Source: an uncultured Poribacteria bacterium (GTDB lineage Bacteria > Poribacteria > WGA-4E > WGA-3G). From it: DNA of 64,000 nt. Of this stretch, positions 41,301 through 50,084 are shown in pieces (within the stretch, counting starts at the first letter, position 1; the number at the start of each line of letters is the position of its first letter). The DNA is taken from NCBI GenBank assembly GCA_958296135.2, contig CATQHZ020000001.1:3008001-3072000 (forward strand). The letters run 5' to 3'. The notes below the pieces were generated by a model, which was not told where the DNA came from, made no database searches, and saw nothing but the letters and a program-made list of their open reading frames with translations. A program made the position numbers and the translations under genes.

Positions 41301-41426
41301 GTAGGAGGGACCTCCTGGTCCCGATAGGGGAGAGTATCGAGACCAGGAGGTCTCTCCTACCGGGGATTGTCGAGACCGGGAGGTCTCTCCTACCGGGGAT
41401 TATCGAGACCGGGAGGTCTCTCCTAC
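41301..41426. repeat. REP cluster: one GTAGGAGGGACCTCCTGGTCCCGAT plus three inverted copies at 33-bp spacing
   Basis: TCGAGACC(A/G)GGAGGTCTCTCCTAC x3; preceded by a 22-bp direct duplication at 41257-41300. Confidence 0.85.
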
Positions 41427-41502
41427 AGCAGTTAACTGAATGTTGTTTATTTTAAACGCGATTCGGTTTGCAATGCAAGTGAAAAATGTGGTATCCTAAT
41501 TG

Positions 41503-41730
41503 CAGAAGGGATTCCGTTGCGGCGGTAGCGGCAGTGTGGAGAGCATTTTCTGTCTTTCTGCACTGTAAACGCAGTATTTCACTGCGGCTTACCACCTCAT
41601 GAAAAGAACCCTCTTCAGATCGCCTGCCCGTTTTCTAAAGGCGTGACCGTTTTTCTATAGACATGTAGGTGACAGCGAACCTAAAGCGAATTTCTTGTGA
41701 CGAGAACCCCTTCGCGCAGAAAGAGTCTGC
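41503..41730 (+). ncRNA. Candidate ~210-230 nt structured ncRNA or leader upstream of dndC
   Basis: Promoter TTGCAA-N18-TATCCT (41468-41497); closing stem GAAGGGATTCCGTTGC/GTGACGAGAACCCCTTC; G-U rich hairpin GCAGTGTGGAGAG/CTTTCTGCACTGT; CGCAGT/ACTGCG. Confidence 0.35.
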
Positions 41731-41741
41731 AGTAAAAAAAA

Positions 41742-41771
41742 TTGGCATTTTATTGCGAAATATGCTATGCT
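41742..41771 (+). promoter_or_regulatory. Putative promoter of dndCDE
   Basis: TTGGCA-N18-TATGCT with extended -10 TG. Confidence 0.45.
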
Positions 41772-41864
41772 TCGTTTTGCGCCTTGAGAGCTTTTGAAAC
41801 AGATATTCAGCTCAATGCGTTATATCTATTTTTAGACAGTTTTCCTTGAAAGGGAATGTAATCC

Positions 41865-43271
41865 ATGGGAGCCGAGACCCCTTACAGCATTTTCAATACG
41901 CGCCCGCTTGCCCAGGTCTATCGCGAAATCCAAGAGGTCTATCTTGAAAACGCGCGTCCCTGGGTCATCGGCTACAGCGGCGGGAAAGACTCAACGACAG
42001 CACTCCAACTCGTTTGGTATGCTCTCGCGGAACTGCCGCCCGAAAAACGGAAGTATCCGGTCTACGTCATTTCATCCGATACCCTCGTCGAAACACCGGT
42101 GATTGTCAGTTACATTACCGGCACGCTGGCGCGAATTGAAACGCACGCGCGCGAACAACAGATGCCTTTTCAGACCGAACTCGTTCGGCCGAAAACCGAA
42201 GACACCTTTTGGGTGAACCTCATCGGGAAGGGTTACCCCGCGCCCTATTCACGCTTTCGGTGGTGCACCGACCGGCTCAAGATCCAGCCGGCGAATCGGT
42301 TCATTTTGGACAAAGCCTCGGTGCACGGCGAGGTTATCCTCGTGCTCGGTTCGCGCAAAGGGGAGAGTGCCACCCGCGACCAGGTGTTGAGTCTGCATCG
42401 TCTCAAAGATTCGTTGCTATCAAGGCATACCACGCTGCCGAATGCCTACGTCTATACGCCGATTGTCGATTTTGGATTGAACGATGTGTGGATGTATCTG
42501 CTTAGCAATCCGCCGCCGTGGGGCGGCAATAACAAGCAGCTCGTCACGCTCTACCGAAACGCCAACGCGCAAGGCGAATGTCCGCTCGTCGTTGACGAAA
42601 CCACGCCTTCGTGCGGAAACAGCCGCTTTGGATGCTGGACCTGCACGGTTGTCTCGAAAGACCGGTCTATGGAAGGACTCATTGACAACGGCGAAGAGTG
42701 GATGTTGCCGCTGCTGGAATTCCGGGACTTCCTCGCCGAAACGCAAGACCCGGAACGGAAGGCAGATATTCGGGAGCATAGACGGCGGAATGGAAAGATA
42801 ACGTTCGTGGGAGAGAAACTGATTCGGGGCCCCTATACGCTGGAATTCTGTAAGGCACTGTTGCGGCGGCTTCTTGAAACCCAGCAGCAGGTCCGCGAAG
42901 AAGGACCGGATCCGAACCTCCAACTCATCACGGATGCTGAATTGGAAGAGATTCGTAATATCTGGCGGACTGAACGTTCGGATTGGGAAGATGCCGTACC
43001 GCAGATTTACAAGGAAGTTGTCGGTGAGCACGAGTGGATTGTTGACAACACAACCGCTTTTAACGGCGACGATAAACTGTTGTTGTCCAAAATCTGTGAC
43101 GCAAACGGTATTCCCGTTGAACTCGTAGCAAAACTACTTGATACCGAACGACAGATGGATGGCATGAGCCGTCGCGCGGGAATCCAGTCCCGGATTGATG
43201 CAATCTTTCACGAGGACTGGGATTCAGAGGAAGAAGCTCGCGCCCGTCTAACTAGAAGTAATCAATTATGA
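41865..43271 (+). CDS. dndC: DNA phosphorothioation sulfurtransferase DndC
   Basis: PWVIGYSGGKDS, SDTLVETP, FWVNLIGKGYPAP, RWCTDRLKI, CGNSRFGCWTCTVV. Confidence 0.95.
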   Translation: MGAETPYSIFNTRPLAQVYREIQEVYLENARPWVIGYSGGKDSTTALQLVWYALAELPPEKRKYPVYVISSDTLVETPVIVSYITGTLARIETHAREQQMPFQTELVRPKTEDTFWVNLIGKGYPAPYSRFRWCTDRLKIQPANRFILDKASVHGEVILVLGSRKGESATRDQVLSLHRLKDSLLSRHTTLPNAYVYTPIVDFGLNDVWMYLLSNPPPWGGNNKQLVTLYRNANAQGECPLVVDETTPSCGNSRFGCWTCTVVSKDRSMEGLIDNGEEWMLPLLEFRDFLAETQDPERKADIREHRRRNGKITFVGEKLIRGPYTLEFCKALLRRLLETQQQVREEGPDPNLQLITDAELEEIRNIWRTERSDWEDAVPQIYKEVVGEHEWIVDNTTAFNGDDKLLLSKICDANGIPVELVAKLLDTERQMDGMSRRAGIQSRIDAIFHEDWDSEEEARARLTRSNQL

Positions 43272-45271
43272 TTATCCATACCCTCACCGTTAACAACTTT
43301 GGTTTGTTCCGTGGAGAGCATACTCTTCCGTTAACACCGAACGGTACGGAGTCCGTCATCCTTATCGGTGGAATGAACGGTGCTGGCAAAACGACGCTGC
43401 TGGAGGCGGTTCGTCTTTGTCTGTACGGCAAGCGTGCCCTCGGGAATCGGGTTAGCCTCAATGAATATCATGAGTACCTCTCTAAAATGATTCATCGAGA
43501 TTCTCGTTTCGCGGGGAGTTTAAATTACGCTTCTGTGTCACTTGAATTTGAGTATGCCTACGGAGCAGAAAAAAGAGAGTACCGGGTCAAACGTTTTTGG
43601 CAACAGTGCGGCAAAGCAGTTGACGAGGTTTTGACTGTCTCTGAACCTCATCAGTCAAGCAACCATTTTGAGACAGAACATTGGCAGGACTACCTCAATG
43701 GACTCCTCCCAATTGGAGTATCCCAGTTCTTTTTTTTTGATGGCGAGGATATCCAGAAATTGGCGGACGACTCCAGTCACGACGTATTCCTTGCGGATTC
43801 GATTAAGGCGTTGCTCGGGCTAAATCTCGTTGAGCGGCTGCAATCGGATTTGCGAATCTACTCAAACCGGTTGGTTAAGCGAGGAAGTCCGGTCTCGGTG
43901 CAAGAAGAAATTGGGGCGGTGGAGTCAGTAGTCACCTCTCTTGAAGTGTCTCTTTCAAATGTGACTGCAGAAAAGGAATCTCTACAGTCGCAGATTGAGG
44001 AGTTATCAGCAGCAATTACCCAACAAGAAGAGCGGATTGCAGCCGAAGGCGGAAGTTACGCCCAAAGTCGCGAAAACCTGAAACTTCAGCGAGAGCAACT
44101 GCAGAACGAGATTGAGGAATTAGAAGACGAGATTCGCGTATTTTGTGACGAATTGTTTCCGTTCGCTTTAGCACCGGGACTTCTCGAGGAATTGGCGGAA
44201 CGGCTTCTTAAAGAGATGGAGTTGGATAAGTGGGAAGCGACAAACAACGCGTTAACTGAGCATAACACTGCGGTGCTTGAAACGCTGGGATCGGGCAATT
44301 TTTGGGAAGGGGTTTCCCTATCGGGGGAACAAATCGCGGATATTCGCGCCAAACTTGCTCCGCTGCTCAAGACACAATTTGAGCGTCCCGAATCGTTGCG
44401 CGGTTTCACAAAACTCAGGGACCGGTCTCCATCGGAACGGCAGCAACTGTTAAAATGGATTGATGCCTGTCTCAATGAAGTTCCGCGGCAAGCGAAGAAG
44501 TTGTTCAATGCACTGGAAAAAGCACAAACCGAACTACAGCAGGTGGAACAGGCTCTTCAGAGAGTGCCATCCGACGAAGTTTTGAAGCCGCTAATCGAAA
44601 AACACTCGGAGTTGAATCAAACGCTGGGGCAACTGCAAAAGCAGGAGCAAGATACAGAAAAATTCGTGCTCTCCTTGACACGTCAATTGGCAGAAACAGA
44701 GCGCAGATTAGAAAGGTTGCGTCAAGCCAAACGGTTGGACGAAGCGCACCGCGAACGCCAAAAACGGGTGAGCGATGTGCAATCGGTGCTCTCTAAGTAC
44801 ACGACAAAACTCACCGGGACAAAAATTTTGACTTTGGGAAACACTATTGTAGAGGGTTTTAACCAACTCTCTCACAAGCGGAATAGAATCAAACGGGTTG
44901 AGATACATCCGCGGACGTTTGCGGTAACGCTCTATGATACCTACAATCGTCCTGTGGCCAAGGAAGAATTATCAGCGGGTGAAAAGCAGATTTACACAAC
45001 CGCGCTCTTATGGGGGTTGGCGAAGACCTCGGGCAAGGTATTGCCGATGATTCTTGACACGCCTCTAGGACGTTTAGATAGTGACCATCGCCGTCTGCTG
45101 ATTGAGCGGTATTTTCCGTATGTCAGTCATCAAGTGGTTTTGCTTTCAACGGATACGGAAGTTGACGAGCATCTCTACGAGCTGCTGACCCCTCACATTT
45201 CGCATGCGTTCCGGTTGGTGTATCAGCATACAGAAGTTCACACCACTATTGAGAATGGCTATTTCGGATAA
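43268..45271 (+). CDS. dndD: DNA sulfur modification SMC-like ATPase DndD
   Basis: GGMNGAGKTT, FFFFDGE, coiled coil, LSAGEKQI, ILDTPLGRLD, YFP..SHQVVLLSTDTE; ATGA overlap with dndC. Confidence 0.95.
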   Translation: MIIHTLTVNNFGLFRGEHTLPLTPNGTESVILIGGMNGAGKTTLLEAVRLCLYGKRALGNRVSLNEYHEYLSKMIHRDSRFAGSLNYASVSLEFEYAYGAEKREYRVKRFWQQCGKAVDEVLTVSEPHQSSNHFETEHWQDYLNGLLPIGVSQFFFFDGEDIQKLADDSSHDVFLADSIKALLGLNLVERLQSDLRIYSNRLVKRGSPVSVQEEIGAVESVVTSLEVSLSNVTAEKESLQSQIEELSAAITQQEERIAAEGGSYAQSRENLKLQREQLQNEIEELEDEIRVFCDELFPFALAPGLLEELAERLLKEMELDKWEATNNALTEHNTAVLETLGSGNFWEGVSLSGEQIADIRAKLAPLLKTQFERPESLRGFTKLRDRSPSERQQLLKWIDACLNEVPRQAKKLFNALEKAQTELQQVEQALQRVPSDEVLKPLIEKHSELNQTLGQLQKQEQDTEKFVLSLTRQLAETERRLERLRQAKRLDEAHRERQKRVSDVQSVLSKYTTKLTGTKILTLGNTIVEGFNQLSHKRNRIKRVEIHPRTFAVTLYDTYNRPVAKEELSAGEKQIYTTALLWGLAKTSGKVLPMILDTPLGRLDSDHRRLLIERYFPYVSHQVVLLSTDTEVDEHLYELLTPHISHAFRLVYQHTEVHTTIENGYFG

Positions 45272-45276
45272 GCATT

Positions 45277-45684
45277 ATGCAATTCAACCGAATTCGCCTT
45301 TCTGAGGATTCCCGCATCAAGTTGGGAATTTTAAAGACGCGCACGGGTTTGCTACCCAACGTTCTCTGTCGAATTGGGTTGATGCTTTCGTTAACAAACC
45401 CGAGCGAACCAGAACTTGATGCTGATGCAACGGATGGTTCCGAGTTTAACCGCTACACGCTTACGGGTGAGTGGGATCCACTGATTGTAGCACTCTTGGA
45501 GGAAAGGGTTCTCTCCAAAAGGCTTTGTGCGGACAATCAAGAATTTGGCGCGGATAGGGAAGAGTTTGACAATGAAAAACTTGTTAAATACTTTCGAGCG
45601 CACCTGAATCACGGAGTGCGTATGCTTCACGGCCGCGTGAGGGGATTGGAGGATTTAGCGAACCTCCTAATGCCTGTGCCTTAA
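45277..45684 (+). CDS. dndE: DNA sulfur modification protein DndE
   Basis: RIRLS..LK.RTGL.PNVLCRIGL.LSL, EFNRYTLTGE, FRAHL..G; directly follows dndD. Confidence 0.9.
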   Translation: MQFNRIRLSEDSRIKLGILKTRTGLLPNVLCRIGLMLSLTNPSEPELDADATDGSEFNRYTLTGEWDPLIVALLEERVLSKRLCADNQEFGADREEFDNEKLVKYFRAHLNHGVRMLHGRVRGLEDLANLLMPVP

Positions 45685-45784
45685 TATTTCGTCAAACGAG
45701 TCCGGTAGGCGCGCTTCGTAAGCATGCTCCCTTGGATTGACGCGCGCTTACAAAGTGGATCTACTAGTATTAAGTCTCTCTAAC

Positions 45785-46810
45785 CTATTTCCCCCATTCC
45801 CGCTCGTACTGACTCGTTGAAGGCCGAGCCTCAATTCCCAATTCTCGTTTCAATGCAAGGGCAAGGTCTACACCATGCCCACCCCGGCTGTTATCCGTGA
45901 TAACCTTCTTGGCTCCAGTAGCACGTACATATTCAAGAGTCCCTATATAGTCAGCATGGTCTGAAAGTGATACGCAAAATGCCTTCTCTGAATATTCTAC
46001 GACTGGATCCCCGAAGCGGCTCATGTATGCACTCAACACGATTCTGGAAGTAGCTTCACCCTTGTCAGTTGGGAACCTCTCTCTGGTTCCATAAAGACGA
46101 ATGTACCTTCCTTCGCTGCAAGCGAGTTTTGCTTCTGCTGTCTCAGCATTAAGGACCTTTGTTAGGCTATATCCATGCTGCTGATACACTCTTAATTCAT
46201 CACAGAGCCGTGCGCTTGCAATGATCGGGAATTTGACTGCATCATCTAGACAAGAAGCTGCTCTTTGTAGGGTACCGCGGTGAGATAAAATTAGAACCGG
46301 GCCAACTTTTATCCGCTCAACAACTAACTCTATAAAGCGGCCATTTGCCTCTTCTTGGGTGAATTTTCGGACTGATTCAGGAGATCCGTAGGTGCTATCC
46401 AATACGAGTTCCTCAACCTCTATAACCTCGCCGAGAGGCCAAGCGAAATCCCCTGAGTATCCGCACCTTCCTCCATCAGGTAACGTTACTTCAACCTGCA
46501 CAGAACCTAGCATGTGTCCGTTATCCAGCAACCGGATCTGACATTCAGCTAGATGAATAGGATGCCCTAATGAAACAGCCTTGACGTTAGCGCGATACGG
46601 GATGTCTGCATTGTATTCAGCTATCAACAGGTCGCGAGTGGGCTGAGTCATAATAATATGCTTCTGATGCCCTTTGCTCCTATCAAAGCCATCCATGTGA
46701 TCTTCATGGACATGGGTTTGTACGCGAATCGGATATTCGTGAACGAAACCGTCACAAGTTACCACATCACCTAGTGTAACCGCACCCGATCCAGAAATGT
46801 CAATCCTCAT
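45785..46810 (-). CDS. MBL-fold beta-CASP-type nuclease (SNM1/ligase-associated exonuclease-like)
   Basis: THVHEDH (HxHxDH), NGHMLGS, YSGDF, LVLDSTYG, SLSDHAD. Confidence 0.85.
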   Translation of the reverse strand: MRIDISGSGAVTLGDVVTCDGFVHEYPIRVQTHVHEDHMDGFDRSKGHQKHIIMTQPTRDLLIAEYNADIPYRANVKAVSLGHPIHLAECQIRLLDNGHMLGSVQVEVTLPDGGRCGYSGDFAWPLGEVIEVEELVLDSTYGSPESVRKFTQEEANGRFIELVVERIKVGPVLILSHRGTLQRAASCLDDAVKFPIIASARLCDELRVYQQHGYSLTKVLNAETAEAKLACSEGRYIRLYGTRERFPTDKGEATSRIVLSAYMSRFGDPVVEYSEKAFCVSLSDHADYIGTLEYVRATGAKKVITDNSRGGHGVDLALALKRELGIEARPSTSQYEREWGK

Positions 46811-46815
46811 ACAAC

Positions 46816-47526
46816 CTAATCCTTGCTAGTTAATTCTCGTGTTAGATATTCCGTGATTGCTTGTTCAAAGCCCTCAGGAAGTGACATAATCGCGGCATGA
46901 AGCCGATCGTCTCCAATTAGAAGAAAATATCCATCACCAAGTTTGGATCCCAATCGCGGAATATTAGGACTGTATCGATCTAGTGCAGATTGCAGAAGAT
47001 TATCACGTTCTAGTTGTGAAATCTGCCTGAGACTATCTTTCAACCTTTCAGATTGGAGACTTCCGACAATCACATGCCTTCTCTCAATGACTGGACGTTG
47101 ATTCAAGACAGCCTTCATGCACTCTTTGATGGAGTTTCCCGAGCGCTGCCGGATTTGAACAACCTGCATGATCTCGGATTTGCTAAACCGATTCTCCAAC
47201 GCGGCTGTTGCTAATGCAAGTTGCTCTTGCTCGTCCTCAAGTCGGGCAATCTCAGAACCGGCAGTAAAGGACAAGGTTGCCGGATCAGACCCCCATCCGA
47301 TGAGTTGTTGCACGTCAGGAGGTAGCCGGAGAAGGCGGATGAAACGCCCGATTATAGATGAATCCTCAAGGAGGAGCCGGGCAGCAATCTCCCGCCTTTT
47401 TTCACCTGCCTCTAATGCTTTGTCCATAAGTTTCGCGACTTCAACCGGCGAAAGCGGCCGCGCCGATTTATGCGTTCCTACGGAAAGAATAAGCTGACGT
47501 ACTTCGGACGACGACAACCCTCTCAC
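46816..47526 (-). CDS. ParB/Spo0J-type HTH protein lacking the N-terminal CTPase domain
   Basis: LSPVEVA...EIAARL...SSIIGRFIRLLRLPPDVQQLI resembles the Spo0J/KorB HTH region; GTGA overlap with the upstream gene. Confidence 0.65.
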   Translation of the reverse strand: MRGLSSSEVRQLILSVGTHKSARPLSPVEVAKLMDKALEAGEKRREIAARLLLEDSSIIGRFIRLLRLPPDVQQLIGWGSDPATLSFTAGSEIARLEDEQEQLALATAALENRFSKSEIMQVVQIRQRSGNSIKECMKAVLNQRPVIERRHVIVGSLQSERLKDSLRQISQLERDNLLQSALDRYSPNIPRLGSKLGDGYFLLIGDDRLHAAIMSLPEGFEQAITEYLTRELTSKD

Positions 47527-48356
47527 ACTATACCTCTGTCAGGATCGTAGCCGCCGCTTGATAATCCGCTTTCAATCAGTTGGGCAGCTGCCTCGTCTAC
47601 GGTAGTGCCTTCGTCCTTCGCAAATTGCCCTAACGAGTTGCGAATTTGCTTTCCAAGGGTCACAGTAATTTGCGTAACCTTTTCGCCGCTTTTCGCTCGT
47701 TCTACAAGTTCATCCACAGAGGCATCGGAATCATCTCTTAGTTTCTTGCGGAGATTCTCTTGCTGCGCGCCGCTCATCTGTGACATTTCTTTGGCGAGTT
47801 TCACGGAATCTTGCGGGTCGGGATCGCCCTCGGTTGCCAGGGCATCCTGGGCACGAAGGGCAGCCTTCAAGGTGGCGTCTCCCTTTTCAACAACCCTTTT
47901 GAGTTCAGGAATTAGACGGTCATATTTGACATATTCGCGCACTTTTTCGTAGGGTAGTCCGGTTTCGTCCGCGACCTCTTTCATTGACGCGTAGTGCTTA
48001 TACAGGTATGTGCAAACGTCAATCAGGTCCTTCCGGTTTAGGTTGCGACGGACAAGGTTTTCGGTTACCGATAATACCTTCGCTTGGATTTCTTCCACGC
48101 GGTCGTCAAGGATACCGGCTTTAATCGTTTTTTTACCAAGTCTCTGGTGTGCCAAAAAACGCCTTTGGCCCAGTATAATTTCATACTTTTCACCAGATTC
48201 CAAAGGAGCGACCAGGATAGGTTCCAAGAGTCCTACTTTGGCAATGCTGTCTGCGATCTCATCAATCTCTTTCCCAACATCGCTTAAGCGGACTTGGCTC
48301 GTTCCGATTACTAGATCTTCCAAAGGAATATCTTTAAATTCGACAATATTTGCCAT
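47523..48356 (-). CDS. ParB/Srx N-terminal domain protein with HTH and C-terminal RHH-like domain
   Basis: IADSIAKVGLLEPILV, YEIILGQRRFLA (GxRR), ENLVRRNL, EVADETGLP HTH; ATG 48356 after GGAGGA. Confidence 0.85.
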   Translation of the reverse strand: MANIVEFKDIPLEDLVIGTSQVRLSDVGKEIDEIADSIAKVGLLEPILVAPLESGEKYEIILGQRRFLAHQRLGKKTIKAGILDDRVEEIQAKVLSVTENLVRRNLNRKDLIDVCTYLYKHYASMKEVADETGLPYEKVREYVKYDRLIPELKRVVEKGDATLKAALRAQDALATEGDPDPQDSVKLAKEMSQMSGAQQENLRKKLRDDSDASVDELVERAKSGEKVTQITVTLGKQIRNSLGQFAKDEGTTVDEAAAQLIESGLSSGGYDPDRGIV

Positions 48357-48495
48357 CTTAGTTTCCTCCGCATTGAGACACAGTTGATACTCCACTAGGG
48401 GGTCTCGTTTATGTCCCCCAGATATTTTCGATTGTTGACATAAAGACTGCAACACAGGAACTTTGTGATGTCAACATCTTTGTAAATAAACTATT

Positions 48496-48677
48496 GTCGG
48501 AGTTGCAGTGCGGATTCGCGAGTCTCCGGCCCCACAAGTTGACTGCCTCCGCCTTTGAGTTCTCGGTGTTGACGCGACAGCAACGACGCGTCTTTGTGAA
48601 CGAAGCGCGACGCGCGCTCGGTTCTGTGCAGTCCGAGGGCCGCCTCTTCCGCTGCGACCGGCCCGGCGCAATTCCTC
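48496..48677 (-). ncRNA. Candidate rod-shaped ncRNA copy A (6S RNA-like)
   Basis: Own promoter TTGCAA(48712-48707)-N17-TATGCT with TG; nested stems CCGGTC/GGCCGG, GACTGC/GCAGTC, GACGCG/CGCGTC; near-duplicate of copy B. Confidence 0.55.
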
Positions 48678-48741
48678 TTAAATAGCATACCACAAAACGC
48701 GAAAATTTGCAAACAAAAAATATTAGAGAATTTTCTGTGGA

Positions 48742-48914
48742 GTCGGAGTTGCAGTGCGGATTCGCGAGTCTCCGGCCCCACAAGTTGACTGCCTCCGCCT
48801 TTGAGTTCTCGATGTTGACGCGACAGCAACGACGCGTCCTTGTGAACCATGGTTCTGCGCAGTCCGAAGGGCCGCCTTTCCCGCTGCGACCGGCACGAAC
48901 CCGCGCAATTCGTC
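48742..48914 (-). ncRNA. Candidate rod-shaped ncRNA copy B (6S RNA-like)
   Basis: Own promoter TTGCAA(48949-48944)-N17-TATTCT with TG; closing stem GCGGGTTCG/CGAATCCGC plus the same inner stems. Confidence 0.55.
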
Positions 48915-49134
48915 GTGGATAGAATACCACAGAAAACGAAATTTTGCAAACAAAAAACGTTCGCGAAATTTTCGTGGATACGGTATCAACGCTTTCATTT
49001 TAGAAAAATGCCAATTTGTCTCAACCACTTTTTTGCGCAAAGCGATGCCTTAACATCGGTTTTTGAGGATTTCGGCACAAATTAACCAAACCTTCTCTCA
49101 ATTTTACCACATTTCCAAAAAAAACAAAATGTTC

Positions 49135-49163
49135 TTGACAAATTTATCAGAAAATAATAGAAT
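49135..49163 (+). promoter_or_regulatory. sigma70-type promoter
   Basis: TTGACA-N17-TAGAAT. Confidence 0.6.
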
Positions 49164-49244
49164 ACCTAGATTGACACGCTGTTCGCGCCAAATGCGCGCA
49201 ACAGAAATTATGAATATCTCTAACCAACAGGAGGAATCTTGTTT

Positions 49245-50078
49245 ATGAGACTCTTTATTACCGTTGCTTGTGTGCTGTGTGCTGCAGCTATCATGCTTTG
49301 CGCACCCACAGCCGATGCAGCGAAGAAAATTGATGTCTTCGTTTACACGGAGACAGTGCAGTGGATCGGCCAAGCACAGGCACAAGACGCAGCCGACATC
49401 CTGATCAAGGAAATCGAAGGCAAACAGGGAATCGGCGAAGTTGTCAACGACCCGGCGAAAGCGATTGAAGCCTGGACGAAGAAACATACCGTCGACAAGG
49501 GCAATCACATCATTGTGATGTTCGGGGATTTCCCCAAGGAAATTTACCCGAATGGTAAAGGCGACATCAAGAAGGGCTCCGTCGCTGAGGAGTTCCTCGA
49601 TGCCGGCAATACCTACTCGAACAGTGCCGACTACTTTTTCTGGGGACAAGGAGGCCGGAATGAAAAGGAAGGACTCCAAAACATGATGGATATCCCCGCA
49701 ATCGTTCAGTGGGATGACGACACCCCGATGAAGGTGACGAAGGAAGGAAAGGCACTGACTCCGTCATTGGACGATTACAACACAGACCGGCCCTTCCACC
49801 TCAATGAGCTGGAAGGCGATTGGGAATTGGAAGTCGCCTTCGCTACCGAAACCGGCAAGGGGGATAACGCAACACGCTGCGATCCTTGTATCGTCCGGAA
49901 TACGAAGACGGATGCACGCCTTATCCAGGTCTACCAGACTAACAATCAGGCTGATCCGAAGGGTGAAGTCATCGCGGAGATCATCCTGAACTACTATCTT
50001 GAAGTCACGGGGGCCCTCGAGGTCGACCCGCAGGATAAACTGCCTACACGTTGGGCAGACATCAAAACTCGGAGGTAA
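49245..50078 (+). CDS. Secreted hypothetical protein with Poribacteria-type C-terminal motif
   Basis: Signal peptide; ADYFFWG, GLQNMMDI, DRPFH; tail VDPQDKLPTRWADIK. Confidence 0.8.
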   Translation: MRLFITVACVLCAAAIMLCAPTADAAKKIDVFVYTETVQWIGQAQAQDAADILIKEIEGKQGIGEVVNDPAKAIEAWTKKHTVDKGNHIIVMFGDFPKEIYPNGKGDIKKGSVAEEFLDAGNTYSNSADYFFWGQGGRNEKEGLQNMMDIPAIVQWDDDTPMKVTKEGKALTPSLDDYNTDRPFHLNELEGDWELEVAFATETGKGDNATRCDPCIVRNTKTDARLIQVYQTNNQADPKGEVIAEIILNYYLEVTGALEVDPQDKLPTRWADIKTRR

Positions 50079-50084
50079 TAATTG

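Noticed and set aside
47523-48356. Chromosome or plasmid partition locus
   Set aside because: No parA, no canonical parS and no replication genes nearby
41430-48500. att-site direct repeats bounding the dnd island
   Set aside because: No convincing direct repeat found by eye and no integrase in the window
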